NCBI GenBank assembly: GCA_965219575.1
Contig: OZ244779.1
Location: 1,292,769-1,356,768 of the forward strand
Direction: 5' to 3'
DNA: 64,000 nt
From: Candidatus Oxydemutatoraceae bacterium
GTDB taxonomy: Bacteria > Pseudomonadota > Gammaproteobacteria > Poriferisulfidales > Oxydemutatoraceae
Below the pieces are notes generated by a model. The model was given only the letters and a program-made list of their open reading frames with translations. It made no database searches and had not been told where the DNA came from. Below are positions 43,029-53,322 of this stretch, piece by piece; position 1 is the stretch's first letter; every line of letters starts with the position of its first letter. Made by a program: the position numbers and the translations under genes.

Positions 43029-43105
43029 AGGCGCGTAGCTCAGTTGGTTAGAGTGCCACCTTGACATGGTGGAGGTCGTTGGTTCAAATCCAATCGCGCC
43101 TACCA
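43029..43105 (+). tRNA. tRNA-Val(GAC)
   Basis: Acceptor stem AGGCGCG/CGCGCCT, anticodon arm CCACC-TT GAC AT-GGTGG, GGTTCAAATCC T-loop, 3' ACCA. Confidence 0.97.
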
Positions 43106-43135
43106 TACACATTAAAATGCAAAGACATATTAAAA

Positions 43136-45043
43136 ATGCCGACCATAAGTTTAATAGACGGTTCGAAGAAAGAATTCAATAGCCCGGTTAGCGTATCACA
43201 GATTGCCGAAGCGATAGGTCCGGGGTTATTGAAAGCAACGATTGCCGGACAAGTCGGAGACAAGCTCGTAGATGCGTGTGTGAAGGTTGACGATGATGCC
43301 GAGGTTAAAATTATCACTTCCACGGATCCGACGGGTGTTGAAATCATCCGACATTCGTGTGCGCATCTGCTCGGGCATGCGGTCAAGCAACTCTATCCCG
43401 ATGCACAAATGGCAATAGGTCCGGTCATAGACAAAGGCTTTTATTACGATATTGCATACAAGCGTTCGTTCACCGAAGAAGATCTCGCTTCGATAGAACA
43501 ACGTATGAAAGAATTGGCTAAAAAAAATTATCCGGTGATTAGAGAAGTTGTCTCCAGAGAACGAGCGATAGAGGTATTCAAACAACGCGGCGAAAGCTAC
43601 AAAGTTCAAATTGCCGAAGAGATACCGGACGATGAGATTATCGCGCTCTATCATCACGAGGAGTATATAGACATGTGCCGTGGTCCGCATGTGCCCGATA
43701 CCCGCTATTTGCAAGCATTCAAACTAACGCATTTGGCAGGTGCCTATTGGCGAGGCGACCATAAAAACGAAATGTTACAACGCATCTACGGTACCGCATG
43801 GGCGGATAAAAAACAGCTCAAAGCGTATTTGCTAAAACTTGAAGAGGCGGGTAAACGCGACCATCGTCGCTTGGGCAAACAAATGGATTTATTCCATTTC
43901 CAAGAGGAAGCACCGGGGATGGTGTTTTGGCACGAAAAAGGATGGCTACTCTATCGTTCGGTGGAAGACTATATGCGGCAGACGATTAAGGAACATCGCT
44001 ATTACGAGGTCAATACCCCACAGTTAATAGATCGCAGTCTATGGGAGCAGTCGGGGCATTGGCAGAAGTTCGGTGATATGATTTTCAGTACCGAGTCCGA
44101 AAAACGAGACTATGCGGTCAAGCCTATGAATTGTCCGGCGCATATACAAATCTATAACCAGACACTGCATAGCTACCGCGATTTACCTTATCGTATCGCC
44201 GAGTTCGGGGTGGTGCACCGCAACGAACCCTCGGGTACCTTACACGGTTTGATGCGCGCCCGGCGTTTTACCCAAGACGATGCGCATATCTTTTGTCGCG
44301 AAGAACAGTTAAACGAAGAAGTCGGAACATTGATAGAAAAAACATTCGAGGTCTATCGCGACTTCGGCTTCGACGATATCCTCATTGCCTTTTCAACTCG
44401 TCCGCAGCAGCGAGTCGGAGACGATGTATTGTGGGACAAAGCCGAGACCGCATTGCGAGAAGTTCTGGAAATGCGTGGATTGAAATTTGAAGTTCAACAA
44501 GGCGAGGGTGCTTTCTACGGTCCTAAGATAGAGTTTACTTTGACCGATAGCTTGGATAGAAAGTGGCAATGTGGCACCATACAACTAGACTTCTCGATGC
44601 CGATGCAGCTCGGTGCGAATTATGTTTCCGAGAGCGGGGAAAAGCGGGTGCCGGTGATGATACATCGGGCAATTTTAGGTTCGCTCGAGCGTTTTATAGG
44701 GATATTGCTGGAAAATTATGCCGGCAAACTGCCGTTATGGCTTGCGCCGGTACAGATTATGGTCATGAATGTTACCGACGCGCAAGCCGAATATGCACGA
44801 ATAATAACCGAACAATTTCGTAGCGACGGATTTCGTGTCGATATGGACTTGAGAAATGAGAAGATAGGGTATAAAATTCGCAGTGGGACTTTGCAAAAGA
44901 TACCTTATATGATAATCGTGGGCGACAAGGAAGTTGCAATGCAAAATGTTTCGGTGCGTACTCTCGACGGTACCGACTTAGGTCGGATGCCTGTTGCGCA
45001 GTTGCTCGGCGAATTGAAAACTAAGGTACAATGCAGAGAGTAA
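43136..45043 (+). CDS. thrS: Threonine--tRNA ligase
   Basis: TGS N-terminus, RHSCAHL, DMCRGPH, KPMNCP, RNEPSG.LHGLMR, GAFYGPK, HRAILGS.ERF; start moved to ATG 43136 because the longer ORF overlaps the tRNA. Confidence 0.97.
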   Translation: MPTISLIDGSKKEFNSPVSVSQIAEAIGPGLLKATIAGQVGDKLVDACVKVDDDAEVKIITSTDPTGVEIIRHSCAHLLGHAVKQLYPDAQMAIGPVIDKGFYYDIAYKRSFTEEDLASIEQRMKELAKKNYPVIREVVSRERAIEVFKQRGESYKVQIAEEIPDDEIIALYHHEEYIDMCRGPHVPDTRYLQAFKLTHLAGAYWRGDHKNEMLQRIYGTAWADKKQLKAYLLKLEEAGKRDHRRLGKQMDLFHFQEEAPGMVFWHEKGWLLYRSVEDYMRQTIKEHRYYEVNTPQLIDRSLWEQSGHWQKFGDMIFSTESEKRDYAVKPMNCPAHIQIYNQTLHSYRDLPYRIAEFGVVHRNEPSGTLHGLMRARRFTQDDAHIFCREEQLNEEVGTLIEKTFEVYRDFGFDDILIAFSTRPQQRVGDDVLWDKAETALREVLEMRGLKFEVQQGEGAFYGPKIEFTLTDSLDRKWQCGTIQLDFSMPMQLGANYVSESGEKRVPVMIHRAILGSLERFIGILLENYAGKLPLWLAPVQIMVMNVTDAQAEYARIITEQFRSDGFRVDMDLRNEKIGYKIRSGTLQKIPYMIIVGDKEVAMQNVSVRTLDGTDLGRMPVAQLLGELKTKVQCRE

Positions 45044-45065
45044 TTTATGAACATAGGAATTTAAT

Positions 45066-45581
45066 TTGATAAAAAAGCATAACAGAACCAACGGCGAGAT
45101 CGATTGCACCGAAGTACGTTTGATTGCGCCCGACGGGACCAACATAGGAGTTGTAGGTATAGAGAAAGCGCGTAGCTATGCCGCAGAACAAAATTTAGAT
45201 TTAGTCGAATTAGTGCCGAATGCGAAGCCGCCTGTATGCAGGTTGCTTAACTACGGAAAGTTTAAGTTCGAGCAACGGAAAAAGGAGCAACGTTCGCGTA
45301 AGAACCAAAAGCGTATACAGGTCAAGGAAGTTAAATTCAGACCGAGTACCGAGGCGATGGACTATCAAACCAAGTTGCGTAGCCTGAAGAAATTTTTGCA
45401 AGACGGAGATAAAACAAAAGTTGTATTGAGATTCAAGGGACGAGAGTTTATACACCGCGAGCTCGGAATGGAAATGCTGTATCGCATAGAGAACGATCTA
45501 AAAGAATACGGTGTCGTCGAGCAACAACCTAAAACTGAAGGTCGCCAAGTAGTAATGATATATGCCCCTAAAAGAAATTGA
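45066..45581 (+). CDS. infC: Translation initiation factor IF-3
   Basis: LDLVE..PNAKPPVCR, KEVKFRP, FKGRE; non-AUG start (TTG 45066 or ATA 45069), as is typical for infC. Confidence 0.95.
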   Translation: MIKKHNRTNGEIDCTEVRLIAPDGTNIGVVGIEKARSYAAEQNLDLVELVPNAKPPVCRLLNYGKFKFEQRKKEQRSRKNQKRIQVKEVKFRPSTEAMDYQTKLRSLKKFLQDGDKTKVVLRFKGREFIHRELGMEMLYRIENDLKEYGVVEQQPKTEGRQVVMIYAPKRN

Positions 45582-45595
45582 AAGATAGATAGACG

Positions 45596-45793
45596 ATGCC
45601 TAAGTTGAAAACAAATAGAGGTGCCGCCAAGCGGTTTAGTAAAACCGCATCGGGTAAGTTTCGGAAGAAGCAATCCCATGCGCGACACATTCTGACCAAA
45701 AAAGATAGCAAGCGCAAACGTAATTTACGCGCGCCCGATTTAATACACGGCAACGACGAAGCGGTGATTAGAAAACTGCTACCGTATGCTTAA
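45596..45793 (+). CDS. rpmI: 50S ribosomal protein L35
   Basis: [25 protein letters not shown]; synteny. Confidence 0.97.
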   Translation: MPKLKTNRGAAKRFSKTASGKFRKKQSHARHILTKKDSKRKRNLRAPDLIHGNDEAVIRKLLPYA

Positions 45794-45805
45794 CACGGAA
45801 TAGAG

Positions 45806-46165
45806 ATGGCGAGAGTTAAACGAGGTGTGGTTTCACACGCTAGGCATAAGAAAGTTCTAAAACAAGCACGCGGATATTACGGTGCGCGGAGCAGAACATT
45901 TCGCGTTGCCAAACAAGCGGTAATACGCGCCGGTCAATACGCCTACCGCGACCGTCGCCAACGCAAACGTCAATTTCGTGCTTTATGGATTATCAGGATC
46001 AACGCCGCAGCGCGATCTTTCGGTTTGTCTTACAGTCGATTGATCAACGGTCTGACCTGTTCGGGCGTGGAAATAGACCGTAAACTGTTAGCCGACCTTG
46101 CGGTCAACGATATAGAGGCTTTCGGGAAAATCGTCGACAAAGCTAAAACCGCACTCGCCTCCTAG
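45806..46165 (+). CDS. rplT: 50S ribosomal protein L20
   Basis: [41 protein letters not shown]. Confidence 0.98.
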   Translation: MARVKRGVVSHARHKKVLKQARGYYGARSRTFRVAKQAVIRAGQYAYRDRRQRKRQFRALWIIRINAAARSFGLSYSRLINGLTCSGVEIDRKLLADLAVNDIEAFGKIVDKAKTALAS

Positions 46166-46178
46166 TGTGTCTCCCCCG

Positions 46179-47189
46179 ATGTCGGATGAACTGCCGGATT
46201 TGGTTCAGCTCAAATCCCGAGCGCATACCGAGATTGAAAAAGCGCAAGACCTGAAAAGCCTAGAGCAATTACGGGTTGCTTATCTGGGCAAGAAAGGCGA
46301 ACTGACATTACAACTTAAGAAGATTAATACATTGCCGGCAAAACGGCGACCGGTGATAGGGCAACTCGCCAACGAGGTAAAGCAAGACATTATCGAAGCC
46401 GTCAAAGCTCGCGAGCAATCACTCAAAGCGCAAGCCATAGAACGGCAGACCTCGGAAGAGAGCATAGATGTAGGTTTGGCAGGTAGGCGTACCGCTGCGG
46501 CTAACCCACATCCGGTGACTCGTACGCTGCGTCGTATAGAGATGCTTTTTTCAAATCTAGGTTTTGATATAGCCGAGGGTCCCGAAATAGAAGACGATTT
46601 TCACAACTTCGAAGCATTGAATATTCCTGCATCGCATCCGGCGCGTGCGATGCACGATACTTTTTATCTCAACAACGGCGATTTATTGCGTACCCATACT
46701 TCACCGGTACAAATTAGAGTGATGCAAAAGCGCAAACCGCCGATACGAATCATTGCCCCGGGACGTGTCTATAGACGCGATTTTGATATTACCCATAGTC
46801 CGATGTTTCATCAAGTCGAAGGCTTGGTGGTAGGGCGTGATATTTGTTTTACCGACTTAAAGGCGATGGTTGCCAATTTCTTGCGCACATTTTTTGAAGA
46901 CAAAGACTTGGCGATACGCTTCAGGCCCTCTTATTTTCCTTTTACCGAACCGTCGGCCGAGGTTGATATCGAATGGCAAGAAGGCAAAAAACATGATTGG
47001 CTCGAAGTGATGGGATGCGGCATGGTGCATCCGGCGGTATTCAAAGCGGTGGCTTACGATACCGCACTGTATAAGGGATACGCTTTCGGTTTGGGCATAG
47101 AACGATTGGCTATGCTACGCTACCGCATAGCCGATTTGCGGTTGCTGTTTGAGAACGACATTCGCTTCTTAAAGCAATTTTACCTCTGA
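46179..47189 (+). CDS. pheS: Phenylalanine--tRNA ligase alpha subunit
   Basis: HPARAMHDTF, LRTHTSPVQ, FRPSYFPFTEPSAE, AFGLGIERLAML; alternative start GTG 46167. Confidence 0.97.
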   Translation: MSDELPDLVQLKSRAHTEIEKAQDLKSLEQLRVAYLGKKGELTLQLKKINTLPAKRRPVIGQLANEVKQDIIEAVKAREQSLKAQAIERQTSEESIDVGLAGRRTAAANPHPVTRTLRRIEMLFSNLGFDIAEGPEIEDDFHNFEALNIPASHPARAMHDTFYLNNGDLLRTHTSPVQIRVMQKRKPPIRIIAPGRVYRRDFDITHSPMFHQVEGLVVGRDICFTDLKAMVANFLRTFFEDKDLAIRFRPSYFPFTEPSAEVDIEWQEGKKHDWLEVMGCGMVHPAVFKAVAYDTALYKGYAFGLGIERLAMLRYRIADLRLLFENDIRFLKQFYL

Positions 47190-47194
47190 AGGAT

Positions 47195-49570
47195 ATGCGT
47201 TGTAATCTCGAATGGCTAAAGCAGTGGTTGCCTATAGAGGCGGACGCCGAAGTATTGGGTAACCGCCTCACGATGGCCGGCTTGGAACTCGATGCAATAG
47301 AAACCGTTTGTCATCATTTGTCGGGTGTCGTTGTCGCACGCGTTGTTGCCGTAAATAACCATCCCGATGCCGACAAACTCAAATTATGTAAAGTGGATAT
47401 GGGCGAGCAACGAGTGCGTGATGTCGTTTGCGGGGCAAGTAATGTTCGCACCGATATGTTGACGGCTTACGCACCGTCGGGTGCACGCATCGGAGAGTCT
47501 CGGATTGCGATTAAGAACATACGAGGATGCGACTCGGACGGAATGCTTTGCTCGGCTTACGAATTGGGTATGTCGGAAGAGCAGGAGGGTCTGCTGGAAC
47601 TCGATGATGTTGCCGAAGTAGGTCGATCGTTGGTCGATTATATGAAATTGGACGATTTGGTTTACGACATAGACCTAACTCCCAATCGTGCCGATTGTTT
47701 GAGTATTTCGGGAATCGCCCGCGAACTTTCGACCTTACTGGATTTGCCGCTCAAAGATATGCAATGGGAGCCGCCGGCCGAATCACCCTGCGATACACCC
47801 GAGGTCAAACTGCTACAACCCGACGCCTGCCCGCATTATTTAGCCAGAGAAATACGAGCCATAGATATACGAAAGACTACGCCTTTGTGGATCAAAGAAC
47901 GGCTTAGACGATGCGGTATCCGTGCGATTTATCCGGTCGTGGATATACTCAACTATGTAATGCTCGAATTAGGACAGCCTATGCACGCATTCGACAAGCG
48001 TCGCTTAAAAGGCGCACTGCATATACGATGGTCGGAGGCGAACGAAGAACTGAAAGTATTGGGTGGACAAACGATTGAGCTCGATCGGCAAACCTTGGTT
48101 ATTGCCGACGAACAACGGGCGGTTGCAATCGCCGGCATCGTAGGCGGAGAACACAGTGCGGTGCAAAGCGACTCTACCGAAATCGTTTTAGAAAGCGCAT
48201 TCTTCAAGCCCGAAGCAATTTTAGGGCAAGCGAGACACTACGGCTTGCAGACCGAGTCATCGCATCGTTTTGAGCGCGGCGTAGACTTTGAATTGCAATC
48301 TAAAGCCATCGAATATGCGAGTTATTTGATCGCAACACTACTCGATGCAGAGGTCGGAACTACGGTTGAAATCGTATCGCATGAGCATATACCGACTAGA
48401 ACACCGATTGTATTGAATAAAAAGTCCGTTGCTGCGTATTTGGGTGTGGAAATAAAGCCCGACTTTATCGAAAAAACCTTAAAGAATTTAGGCTGTAAGT
48501 TAGACACGAACAAGGATGGCTGGCAATGCACGCCGCCGTCTTATAGATTTGACTTGGCGATAGAGGCGGATCTGATAGAGGAGATTGCCAGAATCTACGG
48601 TTATGAACGAATTCCCGAAACACCGGGTAGTCATACCGATCGTTTCAATACGGATAGGAACGAGCAACATATTAGACAGTGCGGCGATTACTTAAACGCA
48701 CGAGGTTATTTTGAAGTCATCACATATAGCTTTATCGCTCCCGAACAACTGCGTACATTCACACCCGATGTCGATATCGAAGCATTGCAGCTGGAGAATC
48801 CGGTCTCCGAGCAGATGTCGGTGATGCGTACTTCTTTGTGGCCGGGTCTGCTACAAGTATTAAAGTATAACCTGAATAGACAGCAAGATAAGGTTTGTAT
48901 TTTTGAACAGGGAGCTAAATTTTTCACTAACGCTAATAAAGTTGAGCAGAGTAATGTACTAGCCGGCTTAGCCTGTGGCACGATAATGCCCGATCAATGG
49001 AGTGATAAGCCTAGGTGCTATGATTTTTACGATGTCAAAGGCGACCTGGAGAACTTGTTGCAAACCTTCGAAGGTCGACTGAAATTTAAAGCCGGCGAGT
49101 ACCCGGGATTACATCGCGGACAATGTGCGGATATCTACATCGAGGATAGGCACATCGGTTGTGTGGGCGCACTCTCGCCGTTGCTGACCGGGCAATATAA
49201 ATTGCATGCGCCGGCATTTTTATTTGAACTTCGCATCGACGAAATAAGCGATGTAAAACTCCCGCATTACCGAGCGATACCCGCTTACCCGTCGGTGCGC
49301 CGAGATTTGGCGTTCGTCGTAGCAAAAGGCATCGATTCAACCGCAATTCTGGAATACATAGATACTTTGGATATTGGCTATTTGACGGATCGTTTTGTAT
49401 TCGATGCTTACGAAGACCAACAGTTGGGAGAGGATGTTAAGAATATCGGTATCGGCTTCATCTTTCAAGATTTCCGGCAGACGCTACAAAAAGAAACCGT
49501 CGACAATCTAACTCAAACCCTGATCGACGGGATCTGCAAACGGTTTTCCGCCGAGCGTAGATTGGCTTAA
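47195..49570 (+). CDS. pheT: Phenylalanine--tRNA ligase beta subunit
   Basis: HPDADKL, VCGASN, TPNRADCLS..GIARE, GQPMHAFD, RFERGVD, DLIEEIARIYGY. Confidence 0.97.
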   Translation: MRCNLEWLKQWLPIEADAEVLGNRLTMAGLELDAIETVCHHLSGVVVARVVAVNNHPDADKLKLCKVDMGEQRVRDVVCGASNVRTDMLTAYAPSGARIGESRIAIKNIRGCDSDGMLCSAYELGMSEEQEGLLELDDVAEVGRSLVDYMKLDDLVYDIDLTPNRADCLSISGIARELSTLLDLPLKDMQWEPPAESPCDTPEVKLLQPDACPHYLAREIRAIDIRKTTPLWIKERLRRCGIRAIYPVVDILNYVMLELGQPMHAFDKRRLKGALHIRWSEANEELKVLGGQTIELDRQTLVIADEQRAVAIAGIVGGEHSAVQSDSTEIVLESAFFKPEAILGQARHYGLQTESSHRFERGVDFELQSKAIEYASYLIATLLDAEVGTTVEIVSHEHIPTRTPIVLNKKSVAAYLGVEIKPDFIEKTLKNLGCKLDTNKDGWQCTPPSYRFDLAIEADLIEEIARIYGYERIPETPGSHTDRFNTDRNEQHIRQCGDYLNARGYFEVITYSFIAPEQLRTFTPDVDIEALQLENPVSEQMSVMRTSLWPGLLQVLKYNLNRQQDKVCIFEQGAKFFTNANKVEQSNVLAGLACGTIMPDQWSDKPRCYDFYDVKGDLENLLQTFEGRLKFKAGEYPGLHRGQCADIYIEDRHIGCVGALSPLLTGQYKLHAPAFLFELRIDEISDVKLPHYRAIPAYPSVRRDLAFVVAKGIDSTAILEYIDTLDIGYLTDRFVFDAYEDQQLGEDVKNIGIGFIFQDFRQTLQKETVDNLTQTLIDGICKRFSAERRLA

Positions 49571-49580
49571 AACGGATTTT

Positions 49581-50210
49581 CTAGGTACGGCTGCGTTGCC
49601 ATATCTGTTCCAAAGGTTTTCTCTCGGATGGTGGTTTTTCCGTGTCCGGAGGGTCTTCGGATAATTGACCCGCCGAATCCATGTCTATATAACCGAGTGC
49701 AAAACCGCAGATTACTTCAAACCGCGTCGTGTCTAAATCGAAAGCCTCATAGATTTCCTCTCGTTTGATACCGCCCATTCCGTGTGTATAAAGTCCGAGT
49801 AGTCTTGCCTGCAGAGTCATTGCGAGCCACGCCGCACCGCAATCGAAGTTCGCCAACCGATTCGGTTTACCGTTATGTTCAAAATGTTTGCGTGCGACGA
49901 TGAAACCCAGTAGAGAGGCTCGGTGTGCCCACGCTTGATTGAATTCGGTCAGTAGGTTATGAAAAAAATCAAAATCCTCGTTGCCGTCGGACGTAATGAA
50001 TAACCACGGTTGATCGTTATAACACGAAGGCGACCAGCGCGCCGCATCGAAAATAGTTTTAAGTGTATTTTCGGGTATGGGTTTTTTGTTAAAAGAACGC
50101 GGCGACCAGCGTTGATAAAATAAAGCATCTACGCCATCGGCAGGGTTGCGCCGGCTAAAGTCTATGTCCGTAGAAGAGGCAAAAGAGTTTTGTATAAATT
50201 TATCGTTCAT
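49581..50210 (-). CDS. Nitroreductase family protein
   Basis: RWSPRSF, AARWSPSCYN.QPW.F, FDCGAAW..M.LQA..GL.THGMGG, RKPL. Confidence 0.9.
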   Translation of the reverse strand: MNDKFIQNSFASSTDIDFSRRNPADGVDALFYQRWSPRSFNKKPIPENTLKTIFDAARWSPSCYNDQPWLFITSDGNEDFDFFHNLLTEFNQAWAHRASLLGFIVARKHFEHNGKPNRLANFDCGAAWLAMTLQARLLGLYTHGMGGIKREEIYEAFDLDTTRFEVICGFALGYIDMDSAGQLSEDPPDTEKPPSERKPLEQIWQRSRT

Positions 50211-50294
50211 AGTATTATTCAAAGTATATAGTTGATAAAATGCTCTCGGTAAGTACTATTGCTGTGAGCGGTAATTATAACAGAGATAGAGGTA

Positions 50295-50591
50295 ATGACG
50301 GTAACTAAAGCTGATATAGCACAAAATTTGGTTGATAGGCTCGGGTTTAATAGACTCGAGTCGGAAGAGTTCGTTAAACTTTTTTTTGAGGAAATTGTTA
50401 GCACTTTGGAAGAAGGCAAAGACCTTAGGATATCGAGCTTCGGAAATTTTTTGTTGCGAAATAAGAAACAACGAATGGGGCGTAATCCTAAGACCGGGAA
50501 ACCGGCGGTGATTTCCGCACGTCGTGTCGTTGTATTCAGGCCGGGGCTAAAATTAAAGAACAGAATAGCTTCCAATGACGGAAGAGATTAA
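50295..50591 (+). CDS. ihfA: Integration host factor alpha subunit
   Basis: TKADIA..FFEEI..L..G....ISSFGNF..R.K..R.GRNPKTG....ISARRVV.FRPG.KLK. Confidence 0.95.
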   Translation: MTVTKADIAQNLVDRLGFNRLESEEFVKLFFEEIVSTLEEGKDLRISSFGNFLLRNKKQRMGRNPKTGKPAVISARRVVVFRPGLKLKNRIASNDGRD

Positions 50592-50922
50592 GACTCGTTA
50601 TCCACTGATACCCGATAAACACTATTTTACGATTGGCGATGTCAGCGAATGGTGCGGTGTAGAACAGCATGTGTTGCGTTATTGGGAACAGACATTTAGA
50701 CAATTAAAACCCATTAGACGCGGGGGTCGACGTTTTTATACTAAGAACGACTTATACATAGTCAGAAAGATTTATACGCTACTCAAACACGAAGGTTATA
50801 CGATAGACGGGGCCAAACGAAAAATAAACAGCGACGACCGGATTCCGGAAAAACACTATAATAGTCGTTTGCTCGACGAGGTTATTAAGGAACTGCAAGT
50901 CATATTAAAAAGTATGGAATGA
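50575..50922 (+). CDS. MerR family transcriptional regulator (ihfA-linked)
   Basis: [42 protein letters not shown]; conserved ihfA-merR-tRNAPro synteny. Confidence 0.92.
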   Translation: MTEEIKTRYPLIPDKHYFTIGDVSEWCGVEQHVLRYWEQTFRQLKPIRRGGRRFYTKNDLYIVRKIYTLLKHEGYTIDGAKRKINSDDRIPEKHYNSRLLDEVIKELQVILKSME

Positions 50923-50926
50923 ATAT

Positions 50927-51003
<77 letters not shown>

Positions 51004-51029
51004 TATAGTTTTGACGAATTATCCGGGCG

Positions 51030-51521
51030 ATGAAAGAATCGGTTGTGGAGTCGTTGTATCTAAAAACACCGTTAGGTGGACTGGTTCTGGAAATACGAGA
51101 GCAAGGTCTAGGTGCCGTATGTTTTTCCGACTCCTCGCATCGTACGAATGTTTATCCTCGAACCCGACTAGGACATCTGGCGTATAATCAGATGATGCGC
51201 TATTTCGACAGACCGCACAACCGATTTACGATTCCGCTCGTATTATCCGAGCAGACTTCTTTTAGAAGACGAGTATGGGAAGCCTTATCTAATATCAAAA
51301 TAGGCAGTACGGCAACCTACAAGCAAATTGCTCAAAAGCTGAACACACATCCGCGCGCAATCGGCGGTGCGTGCGCCGCTAATCCGATACCGATCATTAT
51401 CCCGTGCCATAGAGTGATTGCTCAATCCGGTGCGCTCTGCGGTTATACGGGAACCGACGGCAAGCAAGATTTGGGCATCAAGGCGTGGTTGTTAAACCAC
51501 GAGAATCCGAAGCATCCATAG
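51030..51521 (+). CDS. ogt: Methylated-DNA--protein-cysteine methyltransferase
   Basis: T.FRRRVW.AL..I..G...TY..IA, RAIGGAC..NP.PIIIPCHRV, K.WLL.HE. Confidence 0.92.
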   Translation: MKESVVESLYLKTPLGGLVLEIREQGLGAVCFSDSSHRTNVYPRTRLGHLAYNQMMRYFDRPHNRFTIPLVLSEQTSFRRRVWEALSNIKIGSTATYKQIAQKLNTHPRAIGGACAANPIPIIIPCHRVIAQSGALCGYTGTDGKQDLGIKAWLLNHENPKHP

Positions 51522-51760
51522 GGGACTGTTGAAAAAGTATTTCATAGAGTGGTAGGGGCGGACATCAAAATTGCCGATTGACCTACTGGTTCAATCGGCG
51601 GCTCTATTCTGCCCGTAACGCGTTGTGCCTGCACAATTTATACATTCATTCATCCAATTTATGGAAACCAAAACCAAATGGCGCAAGCGGTTGCAGTTAT
51701 TCCGAACGGTACTTTAGGGCAGACATCAGAATTACCGATTGACCTAGCGGTTCAATCTGC
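51522..51760. mobile_element. Partial MITE copy (left TIR, REP, two 27-mers; no adjacent right TIR)
   Basis: GGGACTGTTGAAAAAGT abuts the ogt stop; 27-mers at 51573 and 51734; shared core TTTATACATTCATTCA..TTTATGGAAACCAAAACC. Confidence 0.75.
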
Positions 51761-52999
51761 GGTTATTTCCCATAATTTTCTTACCGGCAGCGCATAAAGA
51801 GATTTGCCGTGGCTTAGGACACTATCACCGTTATAGAATAGGATGCCGCCTGCGAAATTCTTTCCTACCGCCTCTTTGAGTTTGCGCAAGCCGTTAAAAT
51901 CCGATTTTCTAATCGTTCCGGAGGCTTTAACTTCTACGCCTGCCAGTTTTATTCCGCGTTGTATAACGATGTCCACTTCCTCACCGTCTCTGTTTCTGAA
52001 GTGATAAAAGCTGTGATTTCTATCGCTTGCGCTGGCCTGTCTTTTTAATTCTTGTAAAACGAATGTTTCGAGGATATGACTGAATAACATACGATCTTCC
52101 AAGAGTGCCGATTTATCTAAGTCAAGCAAAGCACAGACGACCCCCGTATCGCATAGATGCATTTTAGGTGTTTTTACCAATCGCTTCGCTCGATTGCTAT
52201 GCCACGCCGGTATCCTTTCCATCAAAAACATTTTTTCGAGCACCATCAGGTAGCTATCGATTGTCAGCCTATCCAATTGAAAGGATGATGCTAGATTATT
52301 TACATTCAATAGGCAGGCTGTACGTCCCGCTGCTATTTCGAGTAACCTCGGTAATGTTTCTATCGAGCGAATTCCGGAAATAGTCCGTGCATCGCTATTT
52401 ACGATACTTTCTATATAGTTTCTATACCAGTTGTGTCTTCTTGTTTTAGATCGTTTGAGTACCGTCGGATAACCGCCTGTTACGATACGGTCTATATACG
52501 AATTTTTATTCGGTAAATCTTGGCTGATAGAAAAATCGGGAGCAAATAGAAGGTCGGGAAACTTGGGTTTCGTTTGTTGAAGTTCGTTTTGTGAAAACGG
52601 GTGCAGCCGAAGTATATCCATACGACCGGCGAGTGACTCTTTTATCTGTTTTGTTTGCAGTAGATTGACCGAACCCGTCAAGATAAATCTTCCTGCCGTA
52701 CGGTCTCTATCAACCGATAATTTTATCGACGGAAAAATTTCCGGTGCGCGTTGTGCTTCATCCAATATAACGCGTTCCGGTAGAGAATTGACAAAGTTAA
52801 GAGGGTCTTCAACGGCTTGAATTCTGATATTTTCGTCATCGAAAGTTAGGTATTTATAATCTGTCGATTTCTCTATTGCTTGAGCAAGCGTAGTTTTACC
52901 GCATTGACGTGATCCTTGTATTAGAACAAGAGGGGAATCTTTCAGTGCCTTTTTCAAGCGCGGTTCAATATGACGCGGATAAATGACTTTCTGTATCAT
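51752..52999 (-). CDS. AAA+ ATPase (AAA_14 + DUF4143) with a C-terminal PD-(D/E)XK-like domain
   Basis: Walker A GSRQCGKTT, Walker B ILDEAQ, FILTGS, ESLAGR, GGYP, KRLVKTPK...DTG, EVDIV....GVEVKAS. Confidence 0.9.
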   Translation of the reverse strand: MIQKVIYPRHIEPRLKKALKDSPLVLIQGSRQCGKTTLAQAIEKSTDYKYLTFDDENIRIQAVEDPLNFVNSLPERVILDEAQRAPEIFPSIKLSVDRDRTAGRFILTGSVNLLQTKQIKESLAGRMDILRLHPFSQNELQQTKPKFPDLLFAPDFSISQDLPNKNSYIDRIVTGGYPTVLKRSKTRRHNWYRNYIESIVNSDARTISGIRSIETLPRLLEIAAGRTACLLNVNNLASSFQLDRLTIDSYLMVLEKMFLMERIPAWHSNRAKRLVKTPKMHLCDTGVVCALLDLDKSALLEDRMLFSHILETFVLQELKRQASASDRNHSFYHFRNRDGEEVDIVIQRGIKLAGVEVKASGTIRKSDFNGLRKLKEAVGKNFAGGILFYNGDSVLSHGKSLYALPVRKLWEITAD

Positions 53000-53018
53000 G
53001 ATTTTATTAGATCAAGGT

Positions 53019-53150
53019 TCGGCGTGCGTTATTTTATCTATCGGCTAATTGTGAATTAATACCTCGGCTGATTGTGAATCAAGACCTCGGCTGATTGTTA
53101 TTTTACCTATCGGCTGATTGTGAATCAAGACCTCGGCTGATTATGAAAAC
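53019..53150. repeat. 23-bp tandem direct-repeat array (TCGGCTGATTGTGAATCAAGACC-like), about 6 units
   Basis: Units start at 53019 (degenerate), 53041, 53064, 53087, 53110 and 53133; units 53064 and 53110 are identical. Confidence 0.9.
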
Positions 53151-53322
53151 AGAATGCTTAACCGAAGTTTATAATAGGGTTAATTCATATATTGTGTCGG
53201 CATGGGTTCGGACCAAACTTTTTAGGTTTCCTTAAAATAAGCGGTAATAAATATGTTTGTTATACTATGTATAAGAATTTTACCCATCAACTAGAATTAT
53301 TTAGAAAGATTTATACGATAGC

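Noticed and set aside
43061-43135. N-terminal extension of ThrS in the ORF track
   Set aside because: It overlaps tRNA-Val; the TGS domain begins at ATG 43136.
53019-53150. Possible CRISPR array
   Set aside because: Units are contiguous 23-mers with recurring tails rather than unique spacers, and there are no cas genes in the window.
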